From NCBI GenBank assembly GCA_965214405.1, contig OZ243956.1:512001-576000 (forward strand): a stretch of 64,000 nt of DNA, read 5' to 3'. Origin of the DNA: Trueperaceae bacterium. Lineage in GTDB: Bacteria; Deinococcota; Deinococci; Deinococcales; Trueperaceae. Of the stretch, positions 8,888 to 18,004 are shown piece by piece (position 1 is the first letter of the stretch; the number at the start of each line of letters is the position of its first letter). The notes beneath the pieces are model-generated. The model did no database searches, had not been told where the DNA came from, and worked only from the letters and a program-made list of their open reading frames with translations. The position numbers were made by a program, and so were the translations under genes.

Positions 8888-10186
8888 CTAGCTGAGTACC
8901 GCAGCCCAGTTGCGGAGCGGCGTCCACACGCCGTTTTCGGCGTGGGTGTAGTAAACGTTGTTGAGACCCTGGTGGTCGTTGAGCCCGAAGCTTACGGGGG
9001 TGCCAACGCCGATGTCTAAGTCCTCGAGGCTCTCCATCGCCATGCGGAAGCCCTGGCGCGTAAGCTCGGGGCCGGCGCGGCGCAAGCCCTCGAGCAAAAC
9101 TTTGGCGTTGATGAAACCCTCTAAACCGACAAAACTGTACCCCGTCGGCGTAGAAGCTTCGTTTTGCAAGTCTCGTAAGCTGCCGGGCAGCCCGGGCTGC
9201 CACTTGTCCGTAAGGTCGCGGTAGAGCCGCACAACGGGTAGCGTAGTGTCTTTATAGTCGGGCACGACCTGGGAATTGACGAGCGACGTGGTGTAGTCCC
9301 TGCCGCTCGCCGCGCCCGCCTCTTTGAGCAGGTCGAGCAGCGTGTCCGCGCCCACGAAAGACAGGTTGGAGATAGGCGCGTGCCAGCCACCCTCACGCGC
9401 CGTACGGGTGAAAGCGCCGCAGGCCTGATAAGATCCCGTCGCCAAGACAACCTCGACCCCCGCATCTCTAAGGTGGCCCACCGCTGCGCTCATATCACTC
9501 TCAAAAGTCGCGCCGCGGCGGTAGGTCGCTTCCGCTAAGATGTTCGCGCCGCGCGCGGCGAGGGCCCGGGCCACCCCGTCGGTGCCGCTTCGCCCATACG
9601 CGTCGATCTGATAAAACACGCCGAACTTGCGCAGGCCGAGCGCCCAGAACTGCTCGACGAGCGCCCCCATCTCCTGCCGGTAGGACGCGCGGACGTTGAA
9701 TATCTGATCCACGTAGGGCGCTTCGCGCTGCGCCTGCGCGCCGGTCAGGTTGCCGACGAGCACGAGGTCGTCGCCCGAAAACGCTTTGATCATGGGCAGC
9801 GCGCGCACCAGCGTCGGCGTGCCGACGTAGTTGGACAAACAGAACACGCCCTCTTGTTCAACCAGTCGCAGCGTGTTGCCGAGCGTTCGCGCGGGCGTGT
9901 AGCCGTCGTCGAGCGCGACCACCCGGACGGCGCGACCGAAGATGCCGCCGTTCGCGTTCACCTCCTCGTAAGCCGCTTGTGCGCCCAAGTAGTAGTCGCT
10001 GCCGAGCGCCGCCGACGCGCCCGAAAAAGCGGCGCTCATGCCGATCCTGATCTCGTCGTCCGTCACCCCCGGTACGGCGGCGCTACCTTGCGCGAAGCCA
10101 AGGAGCGGCGTGGCGGGGAGGGGAGCGCCCGCCGCGACACCGGCCGCGCCGCCCGCTAACACTTTCAAGAACTTTCTTCTGTTCAT
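8888..10186 (-). CDS. Tat-exported type I periplasmic ligand-binding protein (branched-chain amino-acid-binding superfamily)
   Basis: MNRRKFLK twin-arginine signal; PGVTDDEIRIGMSAAFSG, VNANGGIFGR, LDDGY, VGTPT; SD GAGGAG. Confidence 0.88.
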   Translation of the reverse strand: MNRRKFLKVLAGGAAGVAAGAPLPATPLLGFAQGSAAVPGVTDDEIRIGMSAAFSGASAALGSDYYLGAQAAYEEVNANGGIFGRAVRVVALDDGYTPARTLGNTLRLVEQEGVFCLSNYVGTPTLVRALPMIKAFSGDDLVLVGNLTGAQAQREAPYVDQIFNVRASYRQEMGALVEQFWALGLRKFGVFYQIDAYGRSGTDGVARALAARGANILAEATYRRGATFESDMSAAVGHLRDAGVEVVLATGSYQACGAFTRTAREGGWHAPISNLSFVGADTLLDLLKEAGAASGRDYTTSLVNSQVVPDYKDTTLPVVRLYRDLTDKWQPGLPGSLRDLQNEASTPTGYSFVGLEGFINAKVLLEGLRRAGPELTRQGFRMAMESLEDLDIGVGTPVSFGLNDHQGLNNVYYTHAENGVWTPLRNWAAVLS

Positions 10187-10328
10187 TTTTCGCTCCTCAA
10201 ACCGACGGGCTGGCACGAGGCGTTTTTGTTTCTGGCGTTTCTGGAAGGTTTATTTCCGCTACGTCCGGTAGTCGCCCCCGAACCTGTCACGGCCTCGAGT
10301 GAGCGGTCGGTCATGTTCACTATTCTCC

Positions 10329-12716
10329 TTAGGCTAAACGGAACCGTGACAAGTTCTCGGTGAGTTCGTTCGACAGGGCTTGCAAGCGGGCGGCGGCCTC
10401 GCGGCCCTCGTTCACGCGGCCCTGGGCGCGTTCGCTAAGCCCGGCAATCGACGAGATGGACGTGCTCACGCCCTCCACGCCCGCCACCTGCGCTTGCGCG
10501 GCGCTCGAGATGGCGCGCACCAGGTCGGCGGACTGGGCGGCAATTTGGGCGATTTCCTTGAGACGTTTCCCGGCTTCGGTAGCGACCCGGTAGCCGGCCT
10601 CCACCTCTTTGGAGCCGCCCCGCACGCGCTGCGACACCTCTTTGATTTCGGCCTGAACGGCGCGCACGAGCCCGCCCACGCGCCCTGCGGCACCCGCGGA
10701 TTCTTCGGCGAGCGCCTGCACCTCGGCGGCCACCGTCGAGAAACGGGCCCCCGCTTCACCGGCACCCGCGGCTTCCAACGCGGCGTTGAGCGCGAGCAGG
10801 TTAATCTGCGACGCGATGTGCGACATCGACTTAACAATCTCTGAAATCTCGTCCGAGCGCGAGCGCAAACTTTCGGAGCGCTCGGAAATGGCCTGCACCT
10901 CGTTGCGGATGGACTGCATTGCTTTAAGCGTGTTCGCCACAGCCTCTTCACCCTGCGCGGACGCGCTCAGGGTGCGGGCGGCGGCTCCGGCGGCGTTGTT
11001 GGCGGTGTCGGCCATGCGGCGGATGGCGTCGGTGATGGCGAGCGCTCTCTCTCTCGCTCCCTGCGCCTCTTCAGTTTGCTGCTGAGCGCTTTTCGTCACA
11101 GCGTCGGTAATCTCGGCCATCTCGGACGAGCCTTGGTTGACCAACAGCGCGGCGTCGCGCGTTCGCGTAAGCAAGTAGGAGAGTTCTTCGACCATTAGGT
11201 TAATCGCTTCGACGACGTTGCCGAGCACGTCTTCGGACACGGCGCCGCGCTTGGTAAAGTCGCCGTCGGCGATGTCCACCGCGACCTCAAGGAACTCGCT
11301 GACGTTTTGCTGTAACCGTCTGTTCTGGCGGCTGATCTCATCGCGCTCTTCTTCGGTCTGAATCATGCCGCGTAGGCGCATGGTCGTTTGATTGAGTGAG
11401 CCTGCTAAGAGACCAAGCTCGTCGTTGGAGCGAACGTCGAGAAGCTGTGAGAGGTCACCGCGTCCAATGCGGCGTGCGGCGCGGGTAAGTTTGTCAAGTG
11501 GCGAGGTGATGCTGCGGGCGAAGAGAACGCCTAGGATACTTGCGACCGTTACGGCAACGAGACCGATGACGACCGCGCGAACCGTGATCTGGTCAACGGC
11601 GGCGAGCACTTCGGCGGCTTCTTGGCGAATGACGATGAAAAAGTCCAGGGCTTCAACCGCGTCCAGAATCTGCCCTTCAAGCGCGACAACACTCTCTGCT
11701 GCCGCACCCTCACCTGCGGTAAGGCTCGAGTAGCTATAAAGCACTTCCTGACCGTCTGCACCGGCGAACGTATCTGTTCCGCGAACGTTCCTTGCGAACG
11801 CGCCCAGGAAGGCGGCACCCTCGCGTTCGCTTGTTACGCCCTCCTGGGCGCGAGGGTCGTAGACGATGTCACCGTTGCCTCGCGCGAGCACCGCGTAACC
11901 CGTCTCGCCGAAACTTGGCTCCGCAATAAACGCGAAAAGCGCCGCAACGTCAACCGTCGTGCGGAAGATGCCGATCACCTCTTCTGAGTTGTCCGCGTAG
12001 ACGGGCACGGCAACGTCAATGGCGGTTGCGCCCGCACTCTCGTCGTACTCGGGCTGCGAGATGTAAATTCCGCCTGCGCCGCCGTTCCAGGCGTTCTGCC
12101 ACCAGGCTTCGTCGGCTTGGTTGTAGTCCGAGAGCGTACCCGTAGAAGCTACCGTTGCGCCGTAGCGGTCGGTGAAAAATACCTCTAAGTTCTCGTTAAA
12201 ATTGTTGGTAAATGTGTTGAGCCCGTTGACAGCCGGGTTGGTGGCTGCGTCGCTGAGATTTTCGAACTCGGCGGCGGCCCCCTTAGTCTGACGGTAGAGA
12301 GCGTCCAACGCTTCTATACTGGCGACGATGTCCGCTTTGCCGCCTGTATAGCTCGCGTTACGCGCGTTGACAGCGTTAGCCACGCTACCCGAGAAAGAGA
12401 GCACTTGAAGGCGGCTGGCCTGCTCATCAAAAAAGCTACTGACCAATTCGGTAAGCTGCTGAGTCGTATTGGTCTGCCCTTCGAGAATCGCTTCGCGGAG
12501 TGCGGCGCGCGTGTTGAGCGTCACGACAACGATGGTTGTGAGGAGCGCGAGGCCCAGGAGGCCGATGATCATGGCGGGCAGCTTGACCGAGAGTGACAAG
12601 CCGCTCGCCTTGCTCTCTCGGGCGCCCCCTTTACGCCGGCGCTGCTCGCCGCCCTCCGCCTTTGTGGGCAACGCCTTTACGCCAGGCGCGCCAGTTTGAG
12701 ATTCCGACTGGTCCAT
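10329..12716 (-). CDS. Methyl-accepting chemotaxis protein with dCache-like sensor and HAMP
   Basis: DYNQADEAWWQNA...YISQPEYDES Cache motif; IASQINLLALNAALEAAGAGEAG. Confidence 0.93.
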   Translation of the reverse strand: MDQSESQTGAPGVKALPTKAEGGEQRRRKGGARESKASGLSLSVKLPAMIIGLLGLALLTTIVVVTLNTRAALREAILEGQTNTTQQLTELVSSFFDEQASRLQVLSFSGSVANAVNARNASYTGGKADIVASIEALDALYRQTKGAAAEFENLSDAATNPAVNGLNTFTNNFNENLEVFFTDRYGATVASTGTLSDYNQADEAWWQNAWNGGAGGIYISQPEYDESAGATAIDVAVPVYADNSEEVIGIFRTTVDVAALFAFIAEPSFGETGYAVLARGNGDIVYDPRAQEGVTSEREGAAFLGAFARNVRGTDTFAGADGQEVLYSYSSLTAGEGAAAESVVALEGQILDAVEALDFFIVIRQEAAEVLAAVDQITVRAVVIGLVAVTVASILGVLFARSITSPLDKLTRAARRIGRGDLSQLLDVRSNDELGLLAGSLNQTTMRLRGMIQTEEERDEISRQNRRLQQNVSEFLEVAVDIADGDFTKRGAVSEDVLGNVVEAINLMVEELSYLLTRTRDAALLVNQGSSEMAEITDAVTKSAQQQTEEAQGARERALAITDAIRRMADTANNAAGAAARTLSASAQGEEAVANTLKAMQSIRNEVQAISERSESLRSRSDEISEIVKSMSHIASQINLLALNAALEAAGAGEAGARFSTVAAEVQALAEESAGAAGRVGGLVRAVQAEIKEVSQRVRGGSKEVEAGYRVATEAGKRLKEIAQIAAQSADLVRAISSAAQAQVAGVEGVSTSISSIAGLSERAQGRVNEGREAAARLQALSNELTENLSRFRLA

Positions 12717-12723
12717 GTTTCTC

Positions 12724-13194
12724 CTAAGCGCCCTCGAGGGCTTGACTCAACCCCTCGGCGATTTTGGGAACGTTGAGCACGACCACGCCTTTACCCTCAA
12801 AGGTCCACCGGCCCAGGCCGTAGTGACGAAAGGCTTCGGGTGAGGACGCGCCCAAGGGCAGCATCGCGCCGCGCTCCAACGCGCCAAAGCCCACCACCTC
12901 GTCCACGCTTAGCGCGAGCGTGTGCGGGGCGGCGTGGGCGAGCACGGCTAAATCGTGGGCAACGGGGCCGCCACCCGCAAAACCGAGCAGGGGACGGGGG
13001 TCGATAAGGGGCAAAAGCGCGCCCCCGGAGATAAAAAGCCCCAAGAACGCCCCCGGCGTGCGCGGCACAGGGGTCACGCCGGGGACAGTCACGACCTGAC
13101 GCGCGTGCGCGCCCTCGACGGCGAAGAGCGAGGTCTCGAGCCTGAAAAACAGCGCGCTCGGAGTTCCTGTGGTGCTGTTCCTGGGGACGCTCAT
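12724..13194 (-). CDS. cheW: CheW adaptor
   Basis: VTPVPRTP..FLGL...LPLID...LSVDEVVG. Confidence 0.85.
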   Translation of the reverse strand: MSVPRNSTTGTPSALFFRLETSLFAVEGAHARQVVTVPGVTPVPRTPGAFLGLFISGGALLPLIDPRPLLGFAGGGPVAHDLAVLAHAAPHTLALSVDEVVGFGALERGAMLPLGASSPEAFRHYGLGRWTFEGKGVVVLNVPKIAEGLSQALEGA

Positions 13195-13556
13195 GCGTTA
13201 AAGTGTTCCCGCACCGCCGTCAGCACGCCCTCGGGCGTATACGGCTTGGTGACGTAGGCCGCCGCGCCCTGCCGCAGACCCCAGCGGACGTCCGTGTCTT
13301 CGGATTTAGAAGACACCAAGATGACCGGCACGCTTTGGGTCACGGGGTTTCGCTTTAGCGCGCGGAGCACCTCGTAGCCGTTGCGCTGGGGCATCACGAT
13401 GTCGAGCATGACTAAGTCGGGCTTGTCCGCCACGATTTTGTCCTCGACGCTCACCGGGTCGTTGTGCGCCGTGACGGTGTGGCTGGCCGACCTGAGAATC
13501 GACTCCATCATCTTTAGGTCGGCGGCGGCGTCATCAATTACGGTAATTTTTGCCAT
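13191..13556 (-). CDS. Single-domain response regulator (PilH/CheY-like)
   Basis: VIDD, LDIVMPQRNGY, VRWGLRQGA, YVTKP. Confidence 0.9.
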   Translation of the reverse strand: MAKITVIDDAAADLKMMESILRSASHTVTAHNDPVSVEDKIVADKPDLVMLDIVMPQRNGYEVLRALKRNPVTQSVPVILVSSKSEDTDVRWGLRQGAAAYVTKPYTPEGVLTAVREHFNA

Positions 13557-14111
13557 GTTTCCCTTCCTGTTTTTCTCACGGGTGCGATGCGGATTTGGAT
13601 GCCGACCAGCTTGTAACCCTTCTTAATAACTTTCTACGAAGCGGGGGAAGCGTGCTCACGGAAACTTTACAGAGCGGTAAAGAAAACGCGAAATGTGAAC
13701 AATCCAACCTTCCGCAGGAGTGACCGTGGGGAGACCTGTGGCGAAAGGTTGAAAGCGCGTTTCTGCGAAACCCACGTCTCACAGCGACTTGCACAAATAC
13801 TGAGGGTATTCAGCGGAGGCAGCATCACATAGACCCCGTCCTATACGACAACCTGCTGTCTACACCTTTCTTAAACCAAACGCTTGTATGAGTCAATTGC
13901 GTAATAACTGGATTTTAGTCCAGTTTTCGCGTCAGGAACGGATAAACCGAACGTTAAATGGCCGTAACCATAGTTTCTCCGTGCTGAACGGAGGAACTTA
14001 CTGTTTTTCTTCTTATTTCGCAAATCATTTTATGTCAAAAGAGAAGAGGGCCTTCAGGGTCAAAACCCCGGAGCAAACCCAAGGTCGTGACTTTTTAGCC
14101 TTCCGCCCTGC

Positions 14112-15002
14112 TCAGTACCCCAACCGCCCCAACGTCTCCTCGACAGAACGCGCGTAAGCCCCGCCAAAAAGTAGGGCGTGAATCAGCAGCGGATGGAGGC
14201 TATACACGTCGCGGCGCGTTTCAAAATCCGGACGAACGGGGCGCAGCGCGTGATAAGCGTCCCAAAAGGGGCGGCCAAAAGAGTTAAAGAGCGCGATGTA
14301 GGCGAGTTCCATGTCGGCGTCGGCGTGGTAGAGGGAGGGGTCCAAAAAGCCGGTGACGCGGCCCCCTCTCGCCAACACGTTGCTCGTCCACACGTCGCCG
14401 TGGATGAGCGAGGGGTAAGGCGGTTCGTCCAGGAGGGTGGGGAGGTTCTCAGCCAGGTGCTCGAGCCTCTCCCCCACCCGCTGGGGCAACCTCCCGCTCT
14501 TAAGCGTGAGGCGGGTCAGGTACAGCAGGCGGTGGTCTCGAAAAAAGTCCACCCACGACGCCGTGGGCGGGTTGGGCTGCGGCAGAGGTCCCGCGAGCGT
14601 GTCCCAGGGGAAACCGTAGACGTCGGCGCGGACGGCGTGGAGCGCGGCTAGGAGTTCGGCGGCGTGACGTTCGGCGGGAGGTGAAAAGGCGCTCTCGCCG
14701 GGAAGGTTTTGGAGCGCGAGCAGCGTGTCCGAGTCGTAAACAACCTCGGGTACAGGCAGCGCGCTCTTTTCTTTCAAGTAACGCAGCATGGCCCCCTCGA
14801 GCCCCAGCGAGGCGTCCTCTTTATCGTCCACCTTTATAACGACCACGCGCCCGTCCGCCAGCGCGACCCGGTACACCAGGGCAATGCAGCCGCCGTGCAG
14901 GCGCGTGAAGTTTAGCGGGCGGGAGCCGAGGACGGTCTCGAGCCGCGCTTTTAACGTTTCAGGAGCCGGAGTGGCATTGGAGGAAAGTGACCCGTGTGGC
15001 AT
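14112..15002 (-). CDS. Fructosamine/ketosamine-3-kinase family protein
   Basis: LHGGCI, SLIHGDVWTSN, LDPSLYHADADMELA; TATCCT 5 nt before ATG 15002. Confidence 0.85.
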   Translation of the reverse strand: MPHGSLSSNATPAPETLKARLETVLGSRPLNFTRLHGGCIALVYRVALADGRVVVIKVDDKEDASLGLEGAMLRYLKEKSALPVPEVVYDSDTLLALQNLPGESAFSPPAERHAAELLAALHAVRADVYGFPWDTLAGPLPQPNPPTASWVDFFRDHRLLYLTRLTLKSGRLPQRVGERLEHLAENLPTLLDEPPYPSLIHGDVWTSNVLARGGRVTGFLDPSLYHADADMELAYIALFNSFGRPFWDAYHALRPVRPDFETRRDVYSLHPLLIHALLFGGAYARSVEETLGRLGY

Positions 15003-15115
15003 GAGCAAGGATAACGCAAGCAGACAAGGATAACGCAGGCAGAAACGCGAAGAGGCGTCCGGCTCCTCTTCCCTCACAACCTTTTGGGTACACTGGCGGC
15101 ACGTAAGGAGGTTTT

Positions 15116-15538
15116 ATGTTGGCGTTTCTTCTCGTTTTCTTATCTGGCTTCTTGCCCGGCTTTTTGCCTGGTTTCTTGCCCAGTGCGGACGCTCAGCCGC
15201 ACCGGCTCGAGGTGACCATGACCGCCTATTCGTCCGAGGTCGCGCAGACCGACAGCACGCCCCACACGACCGCCACGGGTCAAAAGGTGCGCCCCGGCAT
15301 CGTCGCGGTGAGCGAGGATTTGCTCACCACGCAGCTTCCTTTTGGAACAAAGGTGCGGATTGTCGATATCCGCGATGACCCTGAATGCGGCGGTTTTGAT
15401 AGCGGCTACGTCTTAGAGGTACAAGACCTAATGCACGAGCGCAAAGAGAACCAGGTGGACGTGTGGATGCCTACCCTAGCCAAGGCGGAGGGCTGGGGGA
15501 GTTGCGTGGTGACGCTCGAGGTGGTGAGCTACGACTGA
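15116..15538 (+). CDS. Secreted 3D-domain protein
   Basis: Signal peptide; TAYSSEVAQTDSTPHTTATG, IVAVS, LPFGTKV, VQD, VDVW. Confidence 0.85.
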   Translation: MLAFLLVFLSGFLPGFLPGFLPSADAQPHRLEVTMTAYSSEVAQTDSTPHTTATGQKVRPGIVAVSEDLLTTQLPFGTKVRIVDIRDDPECGGFDSGYVLEVQDLMHERKENQVDVWMPTLAKAEGWGSCVVTLEVVSYD

Positions 15539-15635
15539 TACCGGGTTGTAGCGCAAGGAGCCCACTCCGCTCGAGCAAGCCGGTTTTATACGGGTCCTCC
15601 AACCCTGTTTGAGGCAGCTTTGCTCAAGACCACAT

Positions 15636-15899
15636 TCAGGCGTGAAGCTCCTCTTCGGGAAGCGAGTCGAGCCAAGCGTCATGCTCGGCGCGAGCATCTT
15701 TAATGTCAAACTCGAGCTGTGCGAGGTGAGCCTGTAAATTTCCCTCGACGTCGCCGTGCTCCTCACTGTCAATGCTTATCAACTTGAGCTGCTCGAGCTC
15801 CTCCAAACACGTTTTGGCGCTCTGGGTGACCTGTTTATAAAGCCACTCCAAATGTTCTCTATTCACCTTTGACCTCTTCTCATCTTTGCCTCTTTTCAT
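15636..15899 (-). CDS. Small acidic helical hypothetical protein
   Basis: 87-aa ORF whose ATG overlaps the stop of the upstream pseudogene (ATGA). Confidence 0.6.
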   Translation of the reverse strand: MKRGKDEKRSKVNREHLEWLYKQVTQSAKTCLEELEQLKLISIDSEEHGDVEGNLQAHLAQLEFDIKDARAEHDAWLDSLPEEELHA

Positions 15900-16093
15900 C
15901 TTCTACCGCCGGGAAGTTTTGCCTCGAGCTTTTCTATCTCCCTTTAATGCCGCTTAATATCCTCTTCCCATTTGGCGATGTTGCGCCGATCAGGATAAGG
16001 CTTGGCCTACTCCGCGTCGATTTTGTCAATATGCTCACGAAGGACTCTGAGGTGCCCCCGAATTCTTTTACGGAGGTCTTTATTTCTTCCCAT
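15896..16093 (-). pseudogene. Small basic protein gene with two in-frame stops
   Basis: MGRNKDLRKRIRGHLRVLREHIDKIDAE*AKPYPDRRNIAKWEEDIKRH*REIEKLEAKLPGGRR; TACACT 5 nt before ATG. Confidence 0.6.
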
Positions 16094-16156
16094 GCGCGAG
16101 TGTATCAAACCAGCCGCGACGCGATATGCGGCGCTGGGCGCGGGTTAGGATAAGGT

Positions 16157-17056
16157 GTGAGCATCACGCCATCCCCCGAGTCCCCACCTGAGCCTCCCGT
16201 GTCGCCCTCGCGCGTCGAGAAGATTTTCGACTTTGAGGGGAGCTTATCGGCTCGAGCCCTCTACATCTACTTGCCCGCGGGCTACGACGAGCAGCCCGAC
16301 ACGCACTACCCCGTCCTCTACATGCACGACGGCCAGAACCTCTTTGAGGCGTTTGTGGAGGATTCTTACCTGGGCTCGTGGCGCGCGGACGAAACGGCGG
16401 ACAGGCTTATTAGGGAAGACCGGATGCAGCCCTGCATCATCGTCGGGGTGAGTAACGGCGGGGAGGCGCGGCTGGCGGAGTATCTGCCGCCCTATGCGTC
16501 ATACACGCTTCCCGCACCCAAAATAAAACGTAAGGGCAAGGGGCGCAAAATCCCTCTCAAACCTTTGAAAGGCCGCGCGGATGAGACCTTTGCGTACTAC
16601 CGCGACGAGGTCGCGCCCTTTGTCGCGGCGAACTACCGCGTCTTGACGGGCCGCGAGTACACCGCCACGGGCGGCTCGTCGTTGGGCGGGCTCTTTTCGA
16701 CCTACATTGCCTGGGAGCACCCCGAGTTCGCACGGGGCCACGCGATTTTGTCGCCGTCGTACTGGATTACTCGAGACGAGGGGGGAGAGATGGAGACGGT
16801 GAGGCGTCTCCGCAAGGGCGAACCGCGCGACCTGCGGCTTTGGCTCGACAGCGGCACGCTAGACAGCCCCGGTAAGGGCGACGACGGGATGGAGGATACA
16901 AAAAAGGCGAGGGACGCGCTGCTTGCGAACGGTTTTGAGGAGGGTGCCGACTTCCGTTACTTTTTGGATGAGGGCGCGACGCATCATGAGGACGCCTGGG
17001 CTGGGCGCTTGCCGCAGATTTTTGAGTTTCTTTTTCCCCCGGAAGATGTATGTTAG
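16157..17056 (+). CDS. Alpha/beta hydrolase, putative esterase family
   Basis: YPVLYMHDGQNLF, GSSLGG nucleophile elbow, HHEDAW. Confidence 0.85.
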   Translation: MSITPSPESPPEPPVSPSRVEKIFDFEGSLSARALYIYLPAGYDEQPDTHYPVLYMHDGQNLFEAFVEDSYLGSWRADETADRLIREDRMQPCIIVGVSNGGEARLAEYLPPYASYTLPAPKIKRKGKGRKIPLKPLKGRADETFAYYRDEVAPFVAANYRVLTGREYTATGGSSLGGLFSTYIAWEHPEFARGHAILSPSYWITRDEGGEMETVRRLRKGEPRDLRLWLDSGTLDSPGKGDDGMEDTKKARDALLANGFEEGADFRYFLDEGATHHEDAWAGRLPQIFEFLFPPEDVC

Positions 17057-17074
17057 AGCCATGTTGAGATTTTT

Positions 17075-17812
17075 ATGCTGAGACGTTACGAAATTCTTCA
17101 CAGCCCCGCCGTGGGCAAAGGCGTGCAGGTGCTGGCCTACGGGCACTACGGCGCGCCCTTAATCGCCTTTCCGTCGGGGGGCGGGCAGTTTTTTGACTTC
17201 GAGGGCAACGGGATGGTTGAGGCGGTGGCGGGGCTGCTCGAGCACGGCAAGCTCAAAATCTACTGCCCCGAAAGCTTGGACCACGAATCGTGGCTGAATC
17301 ACAACATCGACCCGCACTGGCGCGCGGTGAGGCACGGAGCGTATGAAGATTTCATCCTCAAAGACCTCGTCCCGGCCATCCGCCACGACTGCGGTGACCC
17401 GCACCTCAAAATCGGCCTGACGGGCTGCTCGATTGGCGCGTACCACGCGGCCAACTTCGCGCTCAAACATCCCGAGACGTTTCACTACGCCCTGTGCTTA
17501 AGCGGGCGCTATAACTTAGAAGCCCTCTGCGGCCCCAGCGACTCAATGGACGTTTATTTTAACAACCCGCTGGCCTACCTGCCCAACCTCCACGGTGAGG
17601 CTTTGGACCGTGTGCGTGGGACTCACCTTGCATTGGTCTGCGGGCAGGGCGCGTGGGAGGGCAAGTGTTTGGCCGACACCAACCGCCTGGCCGACCTCCT
17701 GACCGAAAAGGGTATTCCGCACGAGCGTGATGTTTGGGGTTTTGACGTGGAGCATCATTGGTACTGGTGGCGGCGGCAGTTCGCACATCATATGAACCGG
17801 GCGCTAGGGTAG
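17075..17812 (+). CDS. Esterase family alpha/beta hydrolase
   Basis: YGHYGAPLIAFPS, GCSIGAYHAAN, DVEHHWYWW. Confidence 0.8.
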   Translation: MLRRYEILHSPAVGKGVQVLAYGHYGAPLIAFPSGGGQFFDFEGNGMVEAVAGLLEHGKLKIYCPESLDHESWLNHNIDPHWRAVRHGAYEDFILKDLVPAIRHDCGDPHLKIGLTGCSIGAYHAANFALKHPETFHYALCLSGRYNLEALCGPSDSMDVYFNNPLAYLPNLHGEALDRVRGTHLALVCGQGAWEGKCLADTNRLADLLTEKGIPHERDVWGFDVEHHWYWWRRQFAHHMNRALG

Positions 17813-18004
17813 ACAAAAAAGGGCGTGCTAAAGTGAAATTTTGGGGGGCGCTCTCACGTATCTTAGAGGGAACGGGGCGGCGCGAACCGTCACTTGTCGT
17901 GGCTGAATATAGTTGCTGGATATACTTATGGTCACCGCAGGCAGAGAGAAAATCACGCGTAATTTTTGCCGGTTTTGCCGGATGGACGATGTTAGGGGAG
18001 ATTT

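Noticed and set aside
13740..13820. CGCTGAAT on the minus strand, like the start of a c-di-AMP (ydaO) riboswitch
   Set aside because: The downstream conserved elements (GGAAC, CAGCTAAC) were not found.
15896..16093. Stop-codon readthrough or recoding in the small basic ORF
   Set aside because: Two different stops (TAG and TAA), and both terminate normal genes in this window; decay is simpler.
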